A stretch of DNA of 64,000 nucleotides from Terriglobia bacterium (GTDB taxonomy: Bacteria; Acidobacteriota; Terriglobia; JAJPHL01; JAPKYU01), in contig CBDCVK010000010.1 of the NCBI GenBank assembly GCA_965223005.1, positions 1,376,001-1,440,000 on the forward strand, in the 5' to 3' direction. The notes beneath the pieces are model-generated. The model saw only the letters and a program-made list of their open reading frames with translations, was not told the origin of the DNA and searched no databases. Made by a program: the position numbers and the translations under genes. Position 1 is the stretch's first letter; each line of letters opens with the position of its first letter. Shown here in pieces: positions 7,904-18,942 of this stretch.

Positions 7904-9805
7904 TTAGTGCTTGACCAGGACGGTGATCGTCTTGCGCCCCGTCACCACCGAGGGCAGCGGCTCCAGTTCGCTTTCGGCGAGAGTGGAAACCGAGGAGGTG
8001 GCGATGTTGCTGCTGACCGACGGTTCGTTGGCCATGACTCGCGCCAGGGAGGGTGGCGGCGAAGGAAATTGCGCGCCGTGCAGCAGGAAAGCAGTTTGGG
8101 GACGCGACAGGCGCACGTACAGGCGGTTGTTCCTGCGCAGCTTGTTGATGGCGCGCACCAGCTGGGCGGGTGTCTTTGGAGTGAAGCCGCCCGGCAGTTG
8201 GCGCACCTCGGCCAGGTTCAACGAACTGCCGTCGGCTACCGTAACTTGCAGAGGCCCCGGACCCAGACTGGGCGGAATTTCCACCGGCACCTTCTTCACC
8301 GTCTCCCGGCCATCTTCCGCGCGCAGCACCGCAGTGATTTCCAGACGCTCGCCGGGGCGCACTTCGCGTTTGTTGCTCCACACTTGGTCGAGCGAGGCCA
8401 GGCGCCGCCGATCGCTGGAAACAATCTCGAGGTCCACGCCGCGCACTTCCACGGTGGGGAAGCCACTCTGCAGCAGCAAGGCCAGCGGCACGGCGGTGGT
8501 CAGGGCAGCCAGCATCGGGGCCTGGGCGTTGGCTGCAAACATATTCTCCACCTTAACTGGCGGCAGCCCGTCTAGCATGATGGTCCCACGGATGGCCAGC
8601 GACGATTCGCCCACGAGCCGCTCGGTGGCGTCCAGCGTCCCGAAGACTGCCAACTGAAGCAGAAACGGCGAGAGAAAGCGATCGTTCACAATCTCGAACT
8701 GATAACGCATCTCCCGGTTCCCGTTGGAGCGCAGCTTGATGCGAACCGGGATCATGCGCGCTTTCTCCCCGATGACCCCTAGTACCCCGATGGAACGGTC
8801 CCGGCGGATCACGCCCAGAGCCCGCCCAGGCGCCGAAATCTTCAGCGAGGTACGCTGGCTAGGGAGCAGCGCCACCACGCGCGAAGCCGAAAAAGGCATC
8901 TGGGTAGGGCCCGCTGACAGGAACCGGTGGCCAAAGGCGTAGATTCGGTCGCCCTCGCGGTGGGTAATGGTCCCGTCGGCGTTCACCCCCAGATCGCCGC
9001 GGATCAACTGCACGCTGATCATCGAGCCGGGCGCCGGTTTGGCCGCCTCAGCTACCGCGGGTGATGCGACCTCGTGAGAATCGCCGGCACCCTCGCCGGT
9101 ACCTTGGCCACTTTGGGAGGACGAGCCGCTGCCGGCGCCTCGCAGCGGAACGAGTCCCAGGGCGCGGAACTGCCCGGCGAACCGCTCCAGAGTGCGCGAG
9201 GGGAAACCAGAGAGAATCAGTGGAGTAGCAATCCGGGTCAGCCGCGGCCGGTCAGGCGAAAGCAGCACGCTCGGGTCGACCGCCGCGGGCACCAGGGTGT
9301 CCGCAAGGGGCGGCAGCCCACCTAGCAGCCGAACTTCGCTGCCTGAAGCGGTCGGCACCCAATGCAGGTTGGTTTTGAGGAGCGACGGACCCTGGCCGGC
9401 TCCCGCTCTCTCCAGCACCTTCACCATCTGCTCGATGGGCCGGATGCCGGCAATGGGCTCGGTGGAGAATGGGAAACTCAACGCCACCGCCCCCACCAGC
9501 TTGCCGTCAATGTAAACGGGGCTGCCGCTCATGCCCGCCATCAACCCGGTTTTTTCCAACGGACCGCCGGACAATCGGGCGAGAATGATGCTCTGTTTCG
9601 GCCCCACGTTGTCGAGCACTCCCAGGATTTCCACTTGGAATTCTTCCACCGTGGTCCCGGCGAAAACCGTCCGGCCCACGCCTTTCATCCCTTGCTTCAC
9701 GTCTTTCAGCGGGAAAAGGGCCACCTTGGCCGGCTGTTCTGCGGCGGCCAACAACACGGCAGCCAGCGTCAAAACGATCCCGGGTAGCAACTGGCGGCGC
9801 ACCAT
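7904..9805 (-). CDS. SpoIVB-like peptidase S55 domain protein, secreted
   Basis: Signal peptide; G(M)AGMSGSPVYIDGKLVGAV catalytic motif; AFGHRF. Confidence 0.85.
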   Translation of the reverse strand: MVRRQLLPGIVLTLAAVLLAAAEQPAKVALFPLKDVKQGMKGVGRTVFAGTTVEEFQVEILGVLDNVGPKQSIILARLSGGPLEKTGLMAGMSGSPVYIDGKLVGAVALSFPFSTEPIAGIRPIEQMVKVLERAGAGQGPSLLKTNLHWVPTASGSEVRLLGGLPPLADTLVPAAVDPSVLLSPDRPRLTRIATPLILSGFPSRTLERFAGQFRALGLVPLRGAGSGSSSQSGQGTGEGAGDSHEVASPAVAEAAKPAPGSMISVQLIRGDLGVNADGTITHREGDRIYAFGHRFLSAGPTQMPFSASRVVALLPSQRTSLKISAPGRALGVIRRDRSIGVLGVIGEKARMIPVRIKLRSNGNREMRYQFEIVNDRFLSPFLLQLAVFGTLDATERLVGESSLAIRGTIMLDGLPPVKVENMFAANAQAPMLAALTTAVPLALLLQSGFPTVEVRGVDLEIVSSDRRRLASLDQVWSNKREVRPGERLEITAVLRAEDGRETVKKVPVEIPPSLGPGPLQVTVADGSSLNLAEVRQLPGGFTPKTPAQLVRAINKLRRNNRLYVRLSRPQTAFLLHGAQFPSPPPSLARVMANEPSVSSNIATSSVSTLAESELEPLPSVVTGRKTITVLVKH

Positions 9806-9967
9806 GCGGTTTCCTAACTCTATACTACCTTAACGCCGAGACCGGAGGGGAACGGTGCCCTGGTCATGGGGAGAACTGCTGTAGCCTAAAAAGGCCAACT
9901 GCATCCGGTTCGGCGGCGTCGGGCGCCAGCTGTGTGTTTGAGGGCGCTCAAGGCTGGGGGTGTCGGC

Positions 9968-9976
9968 TGCTATAAT
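9968..9976 (+). promoter_or_regulatory. Extended -10 promoter of lysS
   Basis: TGcTATAAT perfect extended -10, 12 nt before ATG 9989. Confidence 0.65.
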
Positions 9977-9988
9977 CGCACCTTCACG

Positions 9989-11557
9989 ATGTCACTTGAA
10001 AACGAACTGTTTCGCCAGCGGAGGGAGAAGTTGCAGGCCATCCAGGCGCTGGGTCTGGCACCCTACCCGCACAAGTTTGTCGCCTCGCACACCATCCCCG
10101 AAGTGGTCGAACGCTGGGACGCATCCACTACCGAGGAGCTGGCCTCAAGCCAACCGGCGGTCCGCTTGGCCGGTCGCATCCTTGCCCTGCGCCTGCACGG
10201 CAAAACGGGGTTCGCCGACCTGGTGCAAGGCGGGCGGAAGCTGCAGGTCTACGTGCGGCAGGATGGGGTCGGCGAGGCCGGCTTCGACCTGTTCGGGCTG
10301 CTGGACCTGGGCGACTTTGTTGGCGCCATCGGGCATTTGTTCCGCACCCGCAAGGGAGAGCTGAGCGTGCGCGTTGAGTCGCTGGAATTCCTGGCCAAAG
10401 CCCTGCTCCCTTTACCAGAGAAATGGCACGGGTTGCAGGATGTGGAGACCCGCTACCGCCAGCGCTATCTGGATTTGCTAGTCAGCCCGGAGGTGCGCGA
10501 GATCTTCCAGCGCCGAAGCCGCATTATCAGCGCGTTGCGCCGCGCCCTGGAGGCGCGCGCCTACCTGGAAGTGGAAACGCCGATGATGCAACCGCTGGCG
10601 GGCGGAGCCGTGGCCCGTCCCTTCCGCACCCATCACAACGCCCTCGACCTGGACCTGTATTTGCGTGTGGCGCCGGAACTCTACCTGAAGCGCCTGACGG
10701 TTGGCGGGCTAGACCGCGTCTTCGAAATCAACCGCAACTTCCGCAACGAAGGGATCTCCACCCAGCACAACCCCGAGTTCACAATGCTGGAGTTCTACCA
10801 AGCCTACAGCGATTACCGGGACCTGATGGAGCTGACCGAACAGATGCTGACCGAGGTGGTGCGTGACGTGACCGGCAACCCCAGCGTGCAGTACGGCAAC
10901 CACACGATTGACTTTGCCCACTGGACGCGCCTGTCGCTGCCTGAGGCCATTGCGCGCTTCTGGCCCGAGGAGGCCACCCGGCCTGGTCTGGAAGGATTGC
11001 GCGACTTTTCGGGCGTGCCCGCTACTGTAGCGGCCTATAACGGCTGGGCCGAGCGCCAGCCGGAACCCCCTACGCGCCTGGTCATGCCCCCTGACACGCC
11101 ACCCGGGGTGCTCCTCGGCTCGCTGTTCGAACTGGTGGCCGAGCGCCACCTGATTCAGCCCACCATTGTCTTCGACTTTCCCAAGGCAGTCTCGCCGCTC
11201 GCCAAAGCCAAACAAGACGAGCCGGAATGGGTGGAACGCTTCGAGGTGTATGCCGGGGGAATGGAACTGGCCAACGCCTATTCAGAGCTGAACGACCCGG
11301 TGGAGCAGTATCGCCGCTTCCAGATGCAATTGGCCGCCCGCCAGGCGGGGGACCTGGAGGCCCACGCCATGGACGAAGACTACGTCCGCGCCCTCTGCCA
11401 CGGCCTGCCGCCGGCGGCTGGCGAAGGCGTCGGTATAGATCGGCTGACGATGCTGTTGACTAATTCCCAATCCATTCGCGAGGTGATTCTATTCCCGCTC
11501 CTCCGCCCCGAAGGCACCGTGGAAATCGCCGCCGAAGTGGCCGCGGCTGCAACTTAG
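9989..11557 (+). CDS. lysS: Lysine--tRNA ligase (class II)
   Basis: PLPEKWHGLQDVETRYRQRYLDL, YLRVAPELYLKRL, RNFRNEG..HNPEFTMLEFY, GIDRLTMLLT..SIREVILFP. Confidence 0.97.
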   Translation: MSLENELFRQRREKLQAIQALGLAPYPHKFVASHTIPEVVERWDASTTEELASSQPAVRLAGRILALRLHGKTGFADLVQGGRKLQVYVRQDGVGEAGFDLFGLLDLGDFVGAIGHLFRTRKGELSVRVESLEFLAKALLPLPEKWHGLQDVETRYRQRYLDLLVSPEVREIFQRRSRIISALRRALEARAYLEVETPMMQPLAGGAVARPFRTHHNALDLDLYLRVAPELYLKRLTVGGLDRVFEINRNFRNEGISTQHNPEFTMLEFYQAYSDYRDLMELTEQMLTEVVRDVTGNPSVQYGNHTIDFAHWTRLSLPEAIARFWPEEATRPGLEGLRDFSGVPATVAAYNGWAERQPEPPTRLVMPPDTPPGVLLGSLFELVAERHLIQPTIVFDFPKAVSPLAKAKQDEPEWVERFEVYAGGMELANAYSELNDPVEQYRRFQMQLAARQAGDLEAHAMDEDYVRALCHGLPPAAGEGVGIDRLTMLLTNSQSIREVILFPLLRPEGTVEIAAEVAAAAT

Positions 11558-11724
11558 CCTGCGGGTTTCCGGCGTGCTTCGTTGCAACCGCCTACCGAGC
11601 GGTGCCGAGTCCATGGAGGGCCCAGCCCAGCAAGACCGCTGCCAATAGGAGCATCCGGCCCTTCACTTTCCGTGTGATAGCATTGCGAATTGCGGAGCGA
11701 GAAGGAGAACCAGGCAGCGAGAAA

Positions 11725-12933
11725 ATGCATACCGAAACAATTGAGGCGGTCGGTCACCTGATTGACTCCCACCTGCTGGAAGCGGTATTCGACAAGGTGA
11801 TCGAGCACGGCGCCAAGTTCGAGATCGTCAAGTTCGAGATTGGCCGCACCAACGAACAGTTCTCGCACCTGGTGATGAAGGTGCATGCGGAAGAGGCCAC
11901 GGTCCTGGACGGGCTGCTGGAAGATCTGCTGGCTCTGGGGTGTTACCGCACCGCACAGGACGATGCGCTACTGCGCGCCTGCGACCAGGACGGATGTGCG
12001 CCGGAAGATTTTTACTCGACCACCAATCACCACACCCAGCTTCTCCACGGAGGCCACTGGATCACGGTGGCGCGACAGCGGATGGACGCGGCCATCGTGG
12101 TGCGAGACGGGGGGGCCGCCTGCGTCCGGCTGCGGGATCTGCGCGCCGGTGACCCGGTGGTCTGCGGCCCCGGGGGCCTGCGGGTGCTGCCCGATTTTAA
12201 GCAGCGCGACCGCACCGGCTTTGGCTTCATGTCCAGCGAGGTGTCGTCGGAGCGGCGGGTGGAATTGGCGGCGGCACGTACTGCCGAAATGATACGGCGC
12301 ACGCACACCCAAGGCGGGAAGACTGTGGTGGTGGCCGGGCCCGTGGTGGTGCACACCGGGGCCGCCGACGCGCTGGCCACTCTGGTTCGTCTCGGCTACG
12401 TCAATGCTCTGTTGTCCGGTAACGCGCTAGCCGTACACGACGCCGAGCATGCCTTGTTCGGCACCTCGCTTGGCATCCACCTGGAGCGTGGCGCGGCCGC
12501 CGAGCACGGTCACAGCAACCACATGCGCGCCATCAACCTGGTGCGCAGGGCCGGCGGCCTGCGCGCCGCCGTCCACGCCGGCTTGCTCTGCCGCGGCATC
12601 CTGTACGAATGCGTGCGTCGCCAGGTGCCATTCGTGCTGGCCGGCAGCATCCGCGACGACGGGCCCATGCCGGAGACCATTACGGATGCGAGCAGCGCCC
12701 AGGATCTCTATGCGCAGCACCTAGAGGATGCAGCCCTGGTCCTGTGCCTGGGCACGATGCTGCACTCGATCGGTGTGGCCAACATGCTACCTTCCTGGGT
12801 TCCGCTGGTGGCGGCAGACATCAATCCGGCCGTGGTGACCAAGATCGCCGATCGTGGGTCTTCTCAGACCATCGGGCTGGTGACCGACGTGGGCCTGTTC
12901 CTCCACCTGCTGGAACGAATGCTCACCGAATAG
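11725..12933 (+). CDS. TIGR00300-family protein (AgrE C-terminal-like, probable ornithine cyclodeaminase)
   Basis: GHLIDS, APEDFYSTTNH, FMSSEVSSER, GNALAVHD, VLAGSIRDDGP, DINPAVVTKIADRGS motifs. Confidence 0.85.
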   Translation: MHTETIEAVGHLIDSHLLEAVFDKVIEHGAKFEIVKFEIGRTNEQFSHLVMKVHAEEATVLDGLLEDLLALGCYRTAQDDALLRACDQDGCAPEDFYSTTNHHTQLLHGGHWITVARQRMDAAIVVRDGGAACVRLRDLRAGDPVVCGPGGLRVLPDFKQRDRTGFGFMSSEVSSERRVELAAARTAEMIRRTHTQGGKTVVVAGPVVVHTGAADALATLVRLGYVNALLSGNALAVHDAEHALFGTSLGIHLERGAAAEHGHSNHMRAINLVRRAGGLRAAVHAGLLCRGILYECVRRQVPFVLAGSIRDDGPMPETITDASSAQDLYAQHLEDAALVLCLGTMLHSIGVANMLPSWVPLVAADINPAVVTKIADRGSSQTIGLVTDVGLFLHLLERMLTE

Positions 12934-12989
12934 GGCTAAACATCTCAGTCTCTGACTTTGCACCTCAGACTTTGGACTAGAATGAAAGC

Positions 12990-14225
12990 GTGCCGTTCGA
13001 GCTCTGGGTTGCGCTGCGCTACCTGAAGGCCCGCCGCAGCGATGCGGTGCTGTCGGTCATTACCGCCATCTCGATCATCGGCGTCACCGCCGGAGTGGCC
13101 TCGCTGGTGATCGCCCTGGCCATTACCAACGGATTTCGCCGCCACCTGGAGCAGAGCTTGCTCAGCGCCATCCCCCACGTCAACCTCCTGCGCATCGACA
13201 CCGAAGGCATCGCCAACTGGCGCGAGCTGGCGCAGCAACTGGAAGCCGAGCCGGACGTGGTGGCAGCCGCGCCGGCCGTCTATGCGCAAGTGCTGCTCTC
13301 CGGGTCCGTCCGGTCCCAGGGGGCGATGCTCAAGGGAGTAGTGCCGGAGATGGAGCTGCGCGCCGGAGACCTGCTGCGGCACCTGAGCGAGGGCAGCATC
13401 GCGCCGCTGGCCGAACCGCTCGTCCCCGGCCAGGCACCACCGCTGGTGCTCGGCAAGGAGCTGGCCGATGCGCTGGGCGTGCGCACCGGCGATTTCATCA
13501 CAGCCACTTCGCCGCGCGGCCGGTTGTCGCCGATCGGGGAGTTTCCCCGCTACCAGCGCTTCCGCGTGGTGGGCGTGTTCGACAGTGGCTTCTTCAACTT
13601 CGATGCCGAGTGGGCCTTCACCTCGCTGGAGGCCGCGCAGCGCCTGTTCCTGCTGGGAGACGTGGCCAGCGCTGTCGGCCTGCGCGTGGTCGACCTCTAC
13701 CAAGCGCCGACGGTCGCCGAACGGGTCAAGCGGCAGGCCGGCGCTGGCTTCGGTGCCACCAACTGGATCGAGCAGAACCGCACCCTGTTCCGTGCGCTGC
13801 AGTTTGAGAGGACCGTTACCATTTTGATCATCGGCCTCATCGTCTTTGTGGCCGCGCTGAACCTGTTCATCCGCCTCTACCTGCTGGTGGTGGAAAAGAA
13901 CCGCGATATCGCCGTGTTGATGGCCATGGGCGCGCAGATCGGACAGATTCGGCGGATCTTCCAGTACCAGGGTCTCTTCATTGGTGTGTTCGGCACGCTG
14001 CTGGGGTTGGCGACCGGCTATGCGCTTTCCTATTTTGGAAGCCACTACAAACTAATCCGGCTGGAAGCCGATATATACTCCATCAGCTACGTTCCATTTG
14101 AGGTCGGGGCGCTGGATGGCCTGTGGATCGGGGCGGCGGCGGTGCTGATCAGTTATGTCTCGACCATCTACCCGGCGCGGACCGCGGCGGCGATTGACCC
14201 AGCCGAAGCGCTGCGCTACGAGTAG
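12990..14225 (+). CDS. lolE: Lipoprotein-releasing ABC transporter permease LolC/E
   Basis: ALRYLKARR..ISIIGVTAGVASLVIALAITNGF, MacB/FtsX architecture, YPARTAAAIDPAEALRYE. Confidence 0.88.
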   Translation: MPFELWVALRYLKARRSDAVLSVITAISIIGVTAGVASLVIALAITNGFRRHLEQSLLSAIPHVNLLRIDTEGIANWRELAQQLEAEPDVVAAAPAVYAQVLLSGSVRSQGAMLKGVVPEMELRAGDLLRHLSEGSIAPLAEPLVPGQAPPLVLGKELADALGVRTGDFITATSPRGRLSPIGEFPRYQRFRVVGVFDSGFFNFDAEWAFTSLEAAQRLFLLGDVASAVGLRVVDLYQAPTVAERVKRQAGAGFGATNWIEQNRTLFRALQFERTVTILIIGLIVFVAALNLFIRLYLLVVEKNRDIAVLMAMGAQIGQIRRIFQYQGLFIGVFGTLLGLATGYALSYFGSHYKLIRLEADIYSISYVPFEVGALDGLWIGAAAVLISYVSTIYPARTAAAIDPAEALRYE

Positions 14226-14269
14226 TAGCCCCGGGGCCACCGGGTCGCGGAGGCCGAGGCCATAGAAAA

Positions 14270-14971
14270 TTGGCGGTCGTGCTGAGAGCCGTAGAGCTGA
14301 CAAAGAACTTTCGGTCCGGTTGGACGGAGATCACCGTCTTGGACGAGTTGCACTTGGAGGTGACCCGAGGCGAGATGCTGGCCATCATGGGTGAGTCCGG
14401 TGCGGGCAAGAGCACCTTGCTGCAAATCCTGGGTACGCTGGACAGGCCCACAACAGGTGAGGTATACTTTTCCGAGCAAGCTTTTTCCGGCTGGACTGGG
14501 AATGAGGTCACCAAGTTTCGGAACCGGGAGGTTGGGTTTGTTTGGCAGTTTCATTACCTGCTTCCGGAGTTTTCGGCCTTGGAAAACGTGAGCCTGCCGT
14601 TGCGCATCCACGGAGTCCGGCCGGTAGAAGCGGAACAACGCGGGCGGGAATTGTTGGCGGAGGTCGGGCTGGCGCAGCGGGCTCAGCACCGACCGGGAGA
14701 GCTATCCGGCGGCGAGCAGCAGCGGGTGGCTCTGGCCAGAGCGCTGGTGGGACGGCCCTCCCTGTTGCTGGCCGATGAGCCTACCGGTAGCCTGGATTAT
14801 AAGACGGCAAACATGGTCTTGGACCTGATCGAGCAACTGCACCGCAGATACCAGCTCACCTCGGTGATTGCGACCCACAACGTCGCCGTGGCGCAGCGTT
14901 GCCAGCGGGTGTTGCAGCTGGAGGCCGGCCGTTTGCAGCCGGTTGTGAACCTGGCAGGACATCAGGTCTAG
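14270..14971 (+). CDS. lolD: Lipoprotein-releasing ABC transporter ATP-binding protein
   Basis: GESGAGKST Walker A, QFHYLLPEF, LSGGEQQRVA, LLADEPTG; adjacent to lolC/E. Confidence 0.9.
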   Translation: MAVVLRAVELTKNFRSGWTEITVLDELHLEVTRGEMLAIMGESGAGKSTLLQILGTLDRPTTGEVYFSEQAFSGWTGNEVTKFRNREVGFVWQFHYLLPEFSALENVSLPLRIHGVRPVEAEQRGRELLAEVGLAQRAQHRPGELSGGEQQRVALARALVGRPSLLLADEPTGSLDYKTANMVLDLIEQLHRRYQLTSVIATHNVAVAQRCQRVLQLEAGRLQPVVNLAGHQV

Positions 14972-15047
14972 CCGAAGCATCACCCAGTTGGTTCCGCATT
15001 TTGCGGGTTTGGGTTGGCAGAGGAACCAGGCGGGCGGAAACAAGGCG

Positions 15048-17501
15048 ATGTTCGAGCGATACACCGAGAAGGCCCGGCGAGTGATCTTTTTCGCTCGCTA
15101 CGAGGCCAGCCAGTTTGGCAGTCCCTACATTGAGACCGAGCACCTGTTGCTGGGCCTGCTCCGCGAAGACAAGGCCTTAACCAACCGTTTCCTTCGTACC
15201 CACGCCTCGGTGGAATCGATCCGCAAGCAGATCGAAGGACACACCACGATGCGGGAGAAAGTCTCCACCTCGGTGGATCTTCCGCTGTCGCACGAATGCA
15301 AGCGCGTCCTGGCCTACGCGGCAGAAGAAGCCGAGAGGCTGAGCCACAAACACATTGGGACTGAGCATCTGCTCCTCGGACTTTTGCGCGAAGAGAAATG
15401 CTTCGCTGCCGAGATCCTTCACGAGCGCGGGCTACGGCTCTCCACCATCCGGGAGGAACTAGCTCGCCAACACAGTGAAAAAGTGTCCAGTCGCCCAAAA
15501 GAAAGTTCCCTTCTGGCCGAATTCAGTCGCGACCTGACGCAGGCTGCCATGGACAACGCGCTGGATCCGCTGATCGGCCGCGAAAATGAAGTCGAGCGCC
15601 TCATTCAGATCCTCTGCCGGCGCACCAAGAACAACCCGGTGCTGATTGGAGAGCCTGGAGTGGGCAAGACCGCCATTGTCGAAGGCATGGCCCAGCGCAT
15701 TGATAGTGGCGATGTGCCCTCTTTCCTGGCCGAGAAGCGCATCCTGGGGCTGGACCTGTCGCTGATTGTGGCCGGCACCAAGTACCGCGGGCAATTTGAA
15801 GAACGTCTGAAGACCATCATGAAGGAGTTGATGGACAATCAGAACGTCATCATCTTCATTGACGAATTGCACACGCTGGTTGGAGCCGGTTCCGCCGAGG
15901 GTTCCCTGGATGCCGCCAACATTCTGAAGCCGGCGCTGTCGCGGGGCGAGATTCAGTGCATCGGCGCCACGACTCCCGCGGAGTACCGCAAGTCGATCGA
16001 GAGGGACCGGTCGCTGGAGCGTCGCTTCCAAGCGGTGAAGGTGCCGCCGCCCAACGAGGCCGATGCCGTCCAGATCCTCTACGGCATCAAGGATCGCTAC
16101 GAGAAGTTCCACGCCGTCACCTACACGGACGAGGCGTTGGAAGTGGCCGTCTACCACTCCAGCCGCTACATCCCGGATCGCTTCCTACCGGACAAAGCGA
16201 TTGACCTGGTGGACGAGGCCGGCGCGCGCGTCAAACTGCGCCAGACCACCCTGCCCGACGAACTGGCCGAAGTGCAGAAGCGCATCAAGTTCATCGTGCA
16301 CCGGATGGAGAACGCCATCGCCAACCACGAGTTTGAGAAGGCGCGCTTTTACAGCGACGAGGAGCGGCGCGAGCGCGAGCACCTGCGGATCCTGCGCGAG
16401 AAGTACCATTTGGATGATTCCTCCACTGGCGTGGTCAGCAAGGAGGACATCGAGGATGTGGTATCGCGCTGGACGGGTGTCCCGGTCTCCTCGATCAAGG
16501 AAGAGGAGATGAGCAAGCTCCTGCGCTTCGAGGAGGAGCTGCACAAACGCGTCATCAGCCAGGACCAAGCGATTTCGGCGCTGGGCCGGGCCATCCGCCG
16601 CGCACGGGCGGGGTTGAAAAATCCGGCCCGCCCGGTGGGCTCCTTCCTGTTCCTGGGCCCCACGGGCGTGGGCAAGACGGAGGTCGCCCGCTGCCTGGCC
16701 CAATTCTTGTTCAGCACCGAGAAGGCGCTGATTCGCTTCGACATGTCCGAGTTCATGGAAAAACACTCGGTGTCCAAGCTGATCGGATCGCCGCCCGGCT
16801 ACGTCGGCTATGAAGAAGGCGGCCAACTCACCGAGCGAGTGCGACGCTCCCCCTACTCGGTTATCCTTCTGGACGAGATCGAAAAAGCGCACCCGGACGT
16901 CTACAACATCCTGCTGCAGGTGTTCGAGGACGGCCAACTCACCGACGGGTTGGGCAATGCGGTGGACTTCAAGAACACCATCATCATCATGACCTCCAAT
17001 ATCGGCGCCCGCCACCTGCAGAAGCGTTCCAGCCTGGGCTTTCAGGCCAGCGAGGCTTCCAGCCAGGCCCAGGTGGAAGATCTGGTGCGCAGCGAGGTCA
17101 AGCGCACCTTCAACCCCGAGTTCCTAAACCGCCTGGACGAAGTGATCATTTTCAACTCGCTGACCGATGAGGACCTGTTGCGCATCGTCCTGCTGCTGGT
17201 TGAGCAGGTCAACGCCCAGCTGGCCCATCGTCAGATCTCGCTGCATGTCACCGAAGAGGCTGCGAAGTGGATCTTGGTGAAAACCTGCTCTGACCGCAGC
17301 TATGGCGCTCGCCCACTGCGTCGCGCTCTGCAGAAGTACCTTGAGGACCCACTGTCGGAAGCGCTGATCCAGGGCAGCATTCGCCGTCCCGCCTGCTTGG
17401 AAGTCTTTCTGCAGGGGGACAGCCTGTATTACCGTCCGGCGGACTCCACCACCGGCTCAGAAGAAACTGCCCTGTCTGAGCCCGTGTTGCTCTACAAATA
17501 G
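15048..17501 (+). CDS. clpC: ATP-dependent Clp protease ATP-binding subunit ClpC
   Basis: [16 protein letters not shown] Clp-N repeats, two AAA+ modules ([16 protein letters not shown]), UVR coiled coil. Confidence 0.95.
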   Translation: MFERYTEKARRVIFFARYEASQFGSPYIETEHLLLGLLREDKALTNRFLRTHASVESIRKQIEGHTTMREKVSTSVDLPLSHECKRVLAYAAEEAERLSHKHIGTEHLLLGLLREEKCFAAEILHERGLRLSTIREELARQHSEKVSSRPKESSLLAEFSRDLTQAAMDNALDPLIGRENEVERLIQILCRRTKNNPVLIGEPGVGKTAIVEGMAQRIDSGDVPSFLAEKRILGLDLSLIVAGTKYRGQFEERLKTIMKELMDNQNVIIFIDELHTLVGAGSAEGSLDAANILKPALSRGEIQCIGATTPAEYRKSIERDRSLERRFQAVKVPPPNEADAVQILYGIKDRYEKFHAVTYTDEALEVAVYHSSRYIPDRFLPDKAIDLVDEAGARVKLRQTTLPDELAEVQKRIKFIVHRMENAIANHEFEKARFYSDEERREREHLRILREKYHLDDSSTGVVSKEDIEDVVSRWTGVPVSSIKEEEMSKLLRFEEELHKRVISQDQAISALGRAIRRARAGLKNPARPVGSFLFLGPTGVGKTEVARCLAQFLFSTEKALIRFDMSEFMEKHSVSKLIGSPPGYVGYEEGGQLTERVRRSPYSVILLDEIEKAHPDVYNILLQVFEDGQLTDGLGNAVDFKNTIIIMTSNIGARHLQKRSSLGFQASEASSQAQVEDLVRSEVKRTFNPEFLNRLDEVIIFNSLTDEDLLRIVLLLVEQVNAQLAHRQISLHVTEEAAKWILVKTCSDRSYGARPLRRALQKYLEDPLSEALIQGSIRRPACLEVFLQGDSLYYRPADSTTGSEETALSEPVLLYK

Positions 17502-17517
17502 GTTGCTCTACAAATAA
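17486..17517 (+). repeat. 16-bp tandem duplication of the clpC 3' end
   Basis: GTTGCTCTACAAATAG GTTGCTCTACAAATAA. Confidence 0.9.
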
Positions 17518-17669
17518 GTTTGGGGCGGCCGGCTCTCGCGCTCAGCCAGTCCTTTCCTTCTCTCCATGTCGCCGTTGGCTGGTGGTCTTACCGGTTCTTG
17601 AGGCGTCGGGAAATCCGCAAGTGATACGAAACGTGTTTGAAGGGGGCGCGAGATCGGCCGGCGCTAATC

Positions 17670-18800
17670 TTAGCCATCCGCCGTCGCCAGCCTGCTTTCC
17701 GCGACGAACGGAGGTTGGGCTGCCAGGCGCAGCAGTTCGCGCTCGGGCTCCTCTGTCCGCTTGAGCTGGCCGCAGGCAGCAAAGATGTCACGGCCGCGGG
17801 GTTTGCGAATGAAGGCCAAAACGCCCGCCTCCACGAGAATGCCCTGGAAGCTGCGGACGCGCTGGTCAGAGGGCGTGCGGAAGGGGAGTTCGGCGCCCGG
17901 GTTCAGCGCGATAAGGTTGACCTTAGTGCGCCCCGCGCCGACCCGTTTTACCAGCCGGACCAAGCGGCGAGCATCGGCGGGCGTATCGTTGATCCCGTCC
18001 AGAAGCGCGTACTCAAATGTCAGTCGCTCGCCCGGTCGCAGCGGAAACGCGCGGCAGGCCTCGAGCAGCGTGGCAATGGGCCACTTCTTGTTGAGCGGCA
18101 TCAGCCGGCTGCGCACCCCATCTGTGGTCGCGTTGAGGGACACCGCCAGCCTGGGTCTCACCGGTTCCCGGCCCAGGTCCGCGATGCGCGGGACAACACC
18201 TGCCGTGGAGAGCGTCATCCGGCGCGCGGAAAGGCCCACGCCCTGGGAGTCGGCCAGCAGACGCACCGCCTCCATCACCGCGTCATAGTTCAGCAGCGGC
18301 TCGCCCATTCCCATCAACACCAGGTTCACTGGCCGGCGGGTGGCTTCGCCCAGTTCCAGGCTGTTCCTTTCGGCCACCAGCAGCACCTGGCCGACGATTT
18401 CCCCCGCGCTGAGATTGCGGATAAGCCCCAACAGGGCGGTCAGGCAGAACTTGCAGTTGACCGGGCACCCGGCCTGGGTGGAAAGGCAAATTGTGTCGCG
18501 GCCTTGCTCCGGCATCAGAACGGTTTCGATGGTTTCGCCATCCCGGAGCCGGAGCAGATAGCGGACGGTGCCGTCGGTCGAGCGGAACTCCTTTTCAATC
18601 AACGGCCAGCTGATCCGGGCCTGTTCGAGCAGGCGCCGTCGCAGGTGCCGCGAAAGGGTGGATATCCGGGCAGGGTCCCGAAGCCGCTGCCGGTAGAGGG
18701 CTGTATAAAGCTGGGTGGCGCGATAGGACGGCTCGCCCCACCGGGCCAGCAACGCCTCCAGCGCCTTGCGGTCCATTCCCAGCAGTTCGATGGGAGCCAT
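17670..18800 (-). CDS. rlmN: 23S rRNA m2A2503/tRNA m2A37 methyltransferase RlmN
   Basis: CLSTQAGCPVNCKFC, MGMGEPLLN, SLNA, GRDIFAACGQL. Confidence 0.95.
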   Translation of the reverse strand: MAPIELLGMDRKALEALLARWGEPSYRATQLYTALYRQRLRDPARISTLSRHLRRRLLEQARISWPLIEKEFRSTDGTVRYLLRLRDGETIETVLMPEQGRDTICLSTQAGCPVNCKFCLTALLGLIRNLSAGEIVGQVLLVAERNSLELGEATRRPVNLVLMGMGEPLLNYDAVMEAVRLLADSQGVGLSARRMTLSTAGVVPRIADLGREPVRPRLAVSLNATTDGVRSRLMPLNKKWPIATLLEACRAFPLRPGERLTFEYALLDGINDTPADARRLVRLVKRVGAGRTKVNLIALNPGAELPFRTPSDQRVRSFQGILVEAGVLAFIRKPRGRDIFAACGQLKRTEEPERELLRLAAQPPFVAESRLATADG

Positions 18801-18942
18801 CGGCTGTCATTTTAGCATGCAGCCTAGCATGCTGCCGGCCTGGGCCTGGTTCTCGGGCGGGCAGGGCGTATGGCTGGAATTCCCTCTCGGCCTGTGTTAC
18901 AAAGGAGTTGGGTCCTCTGCGCTAGCTCTGACGATTCGCCTC

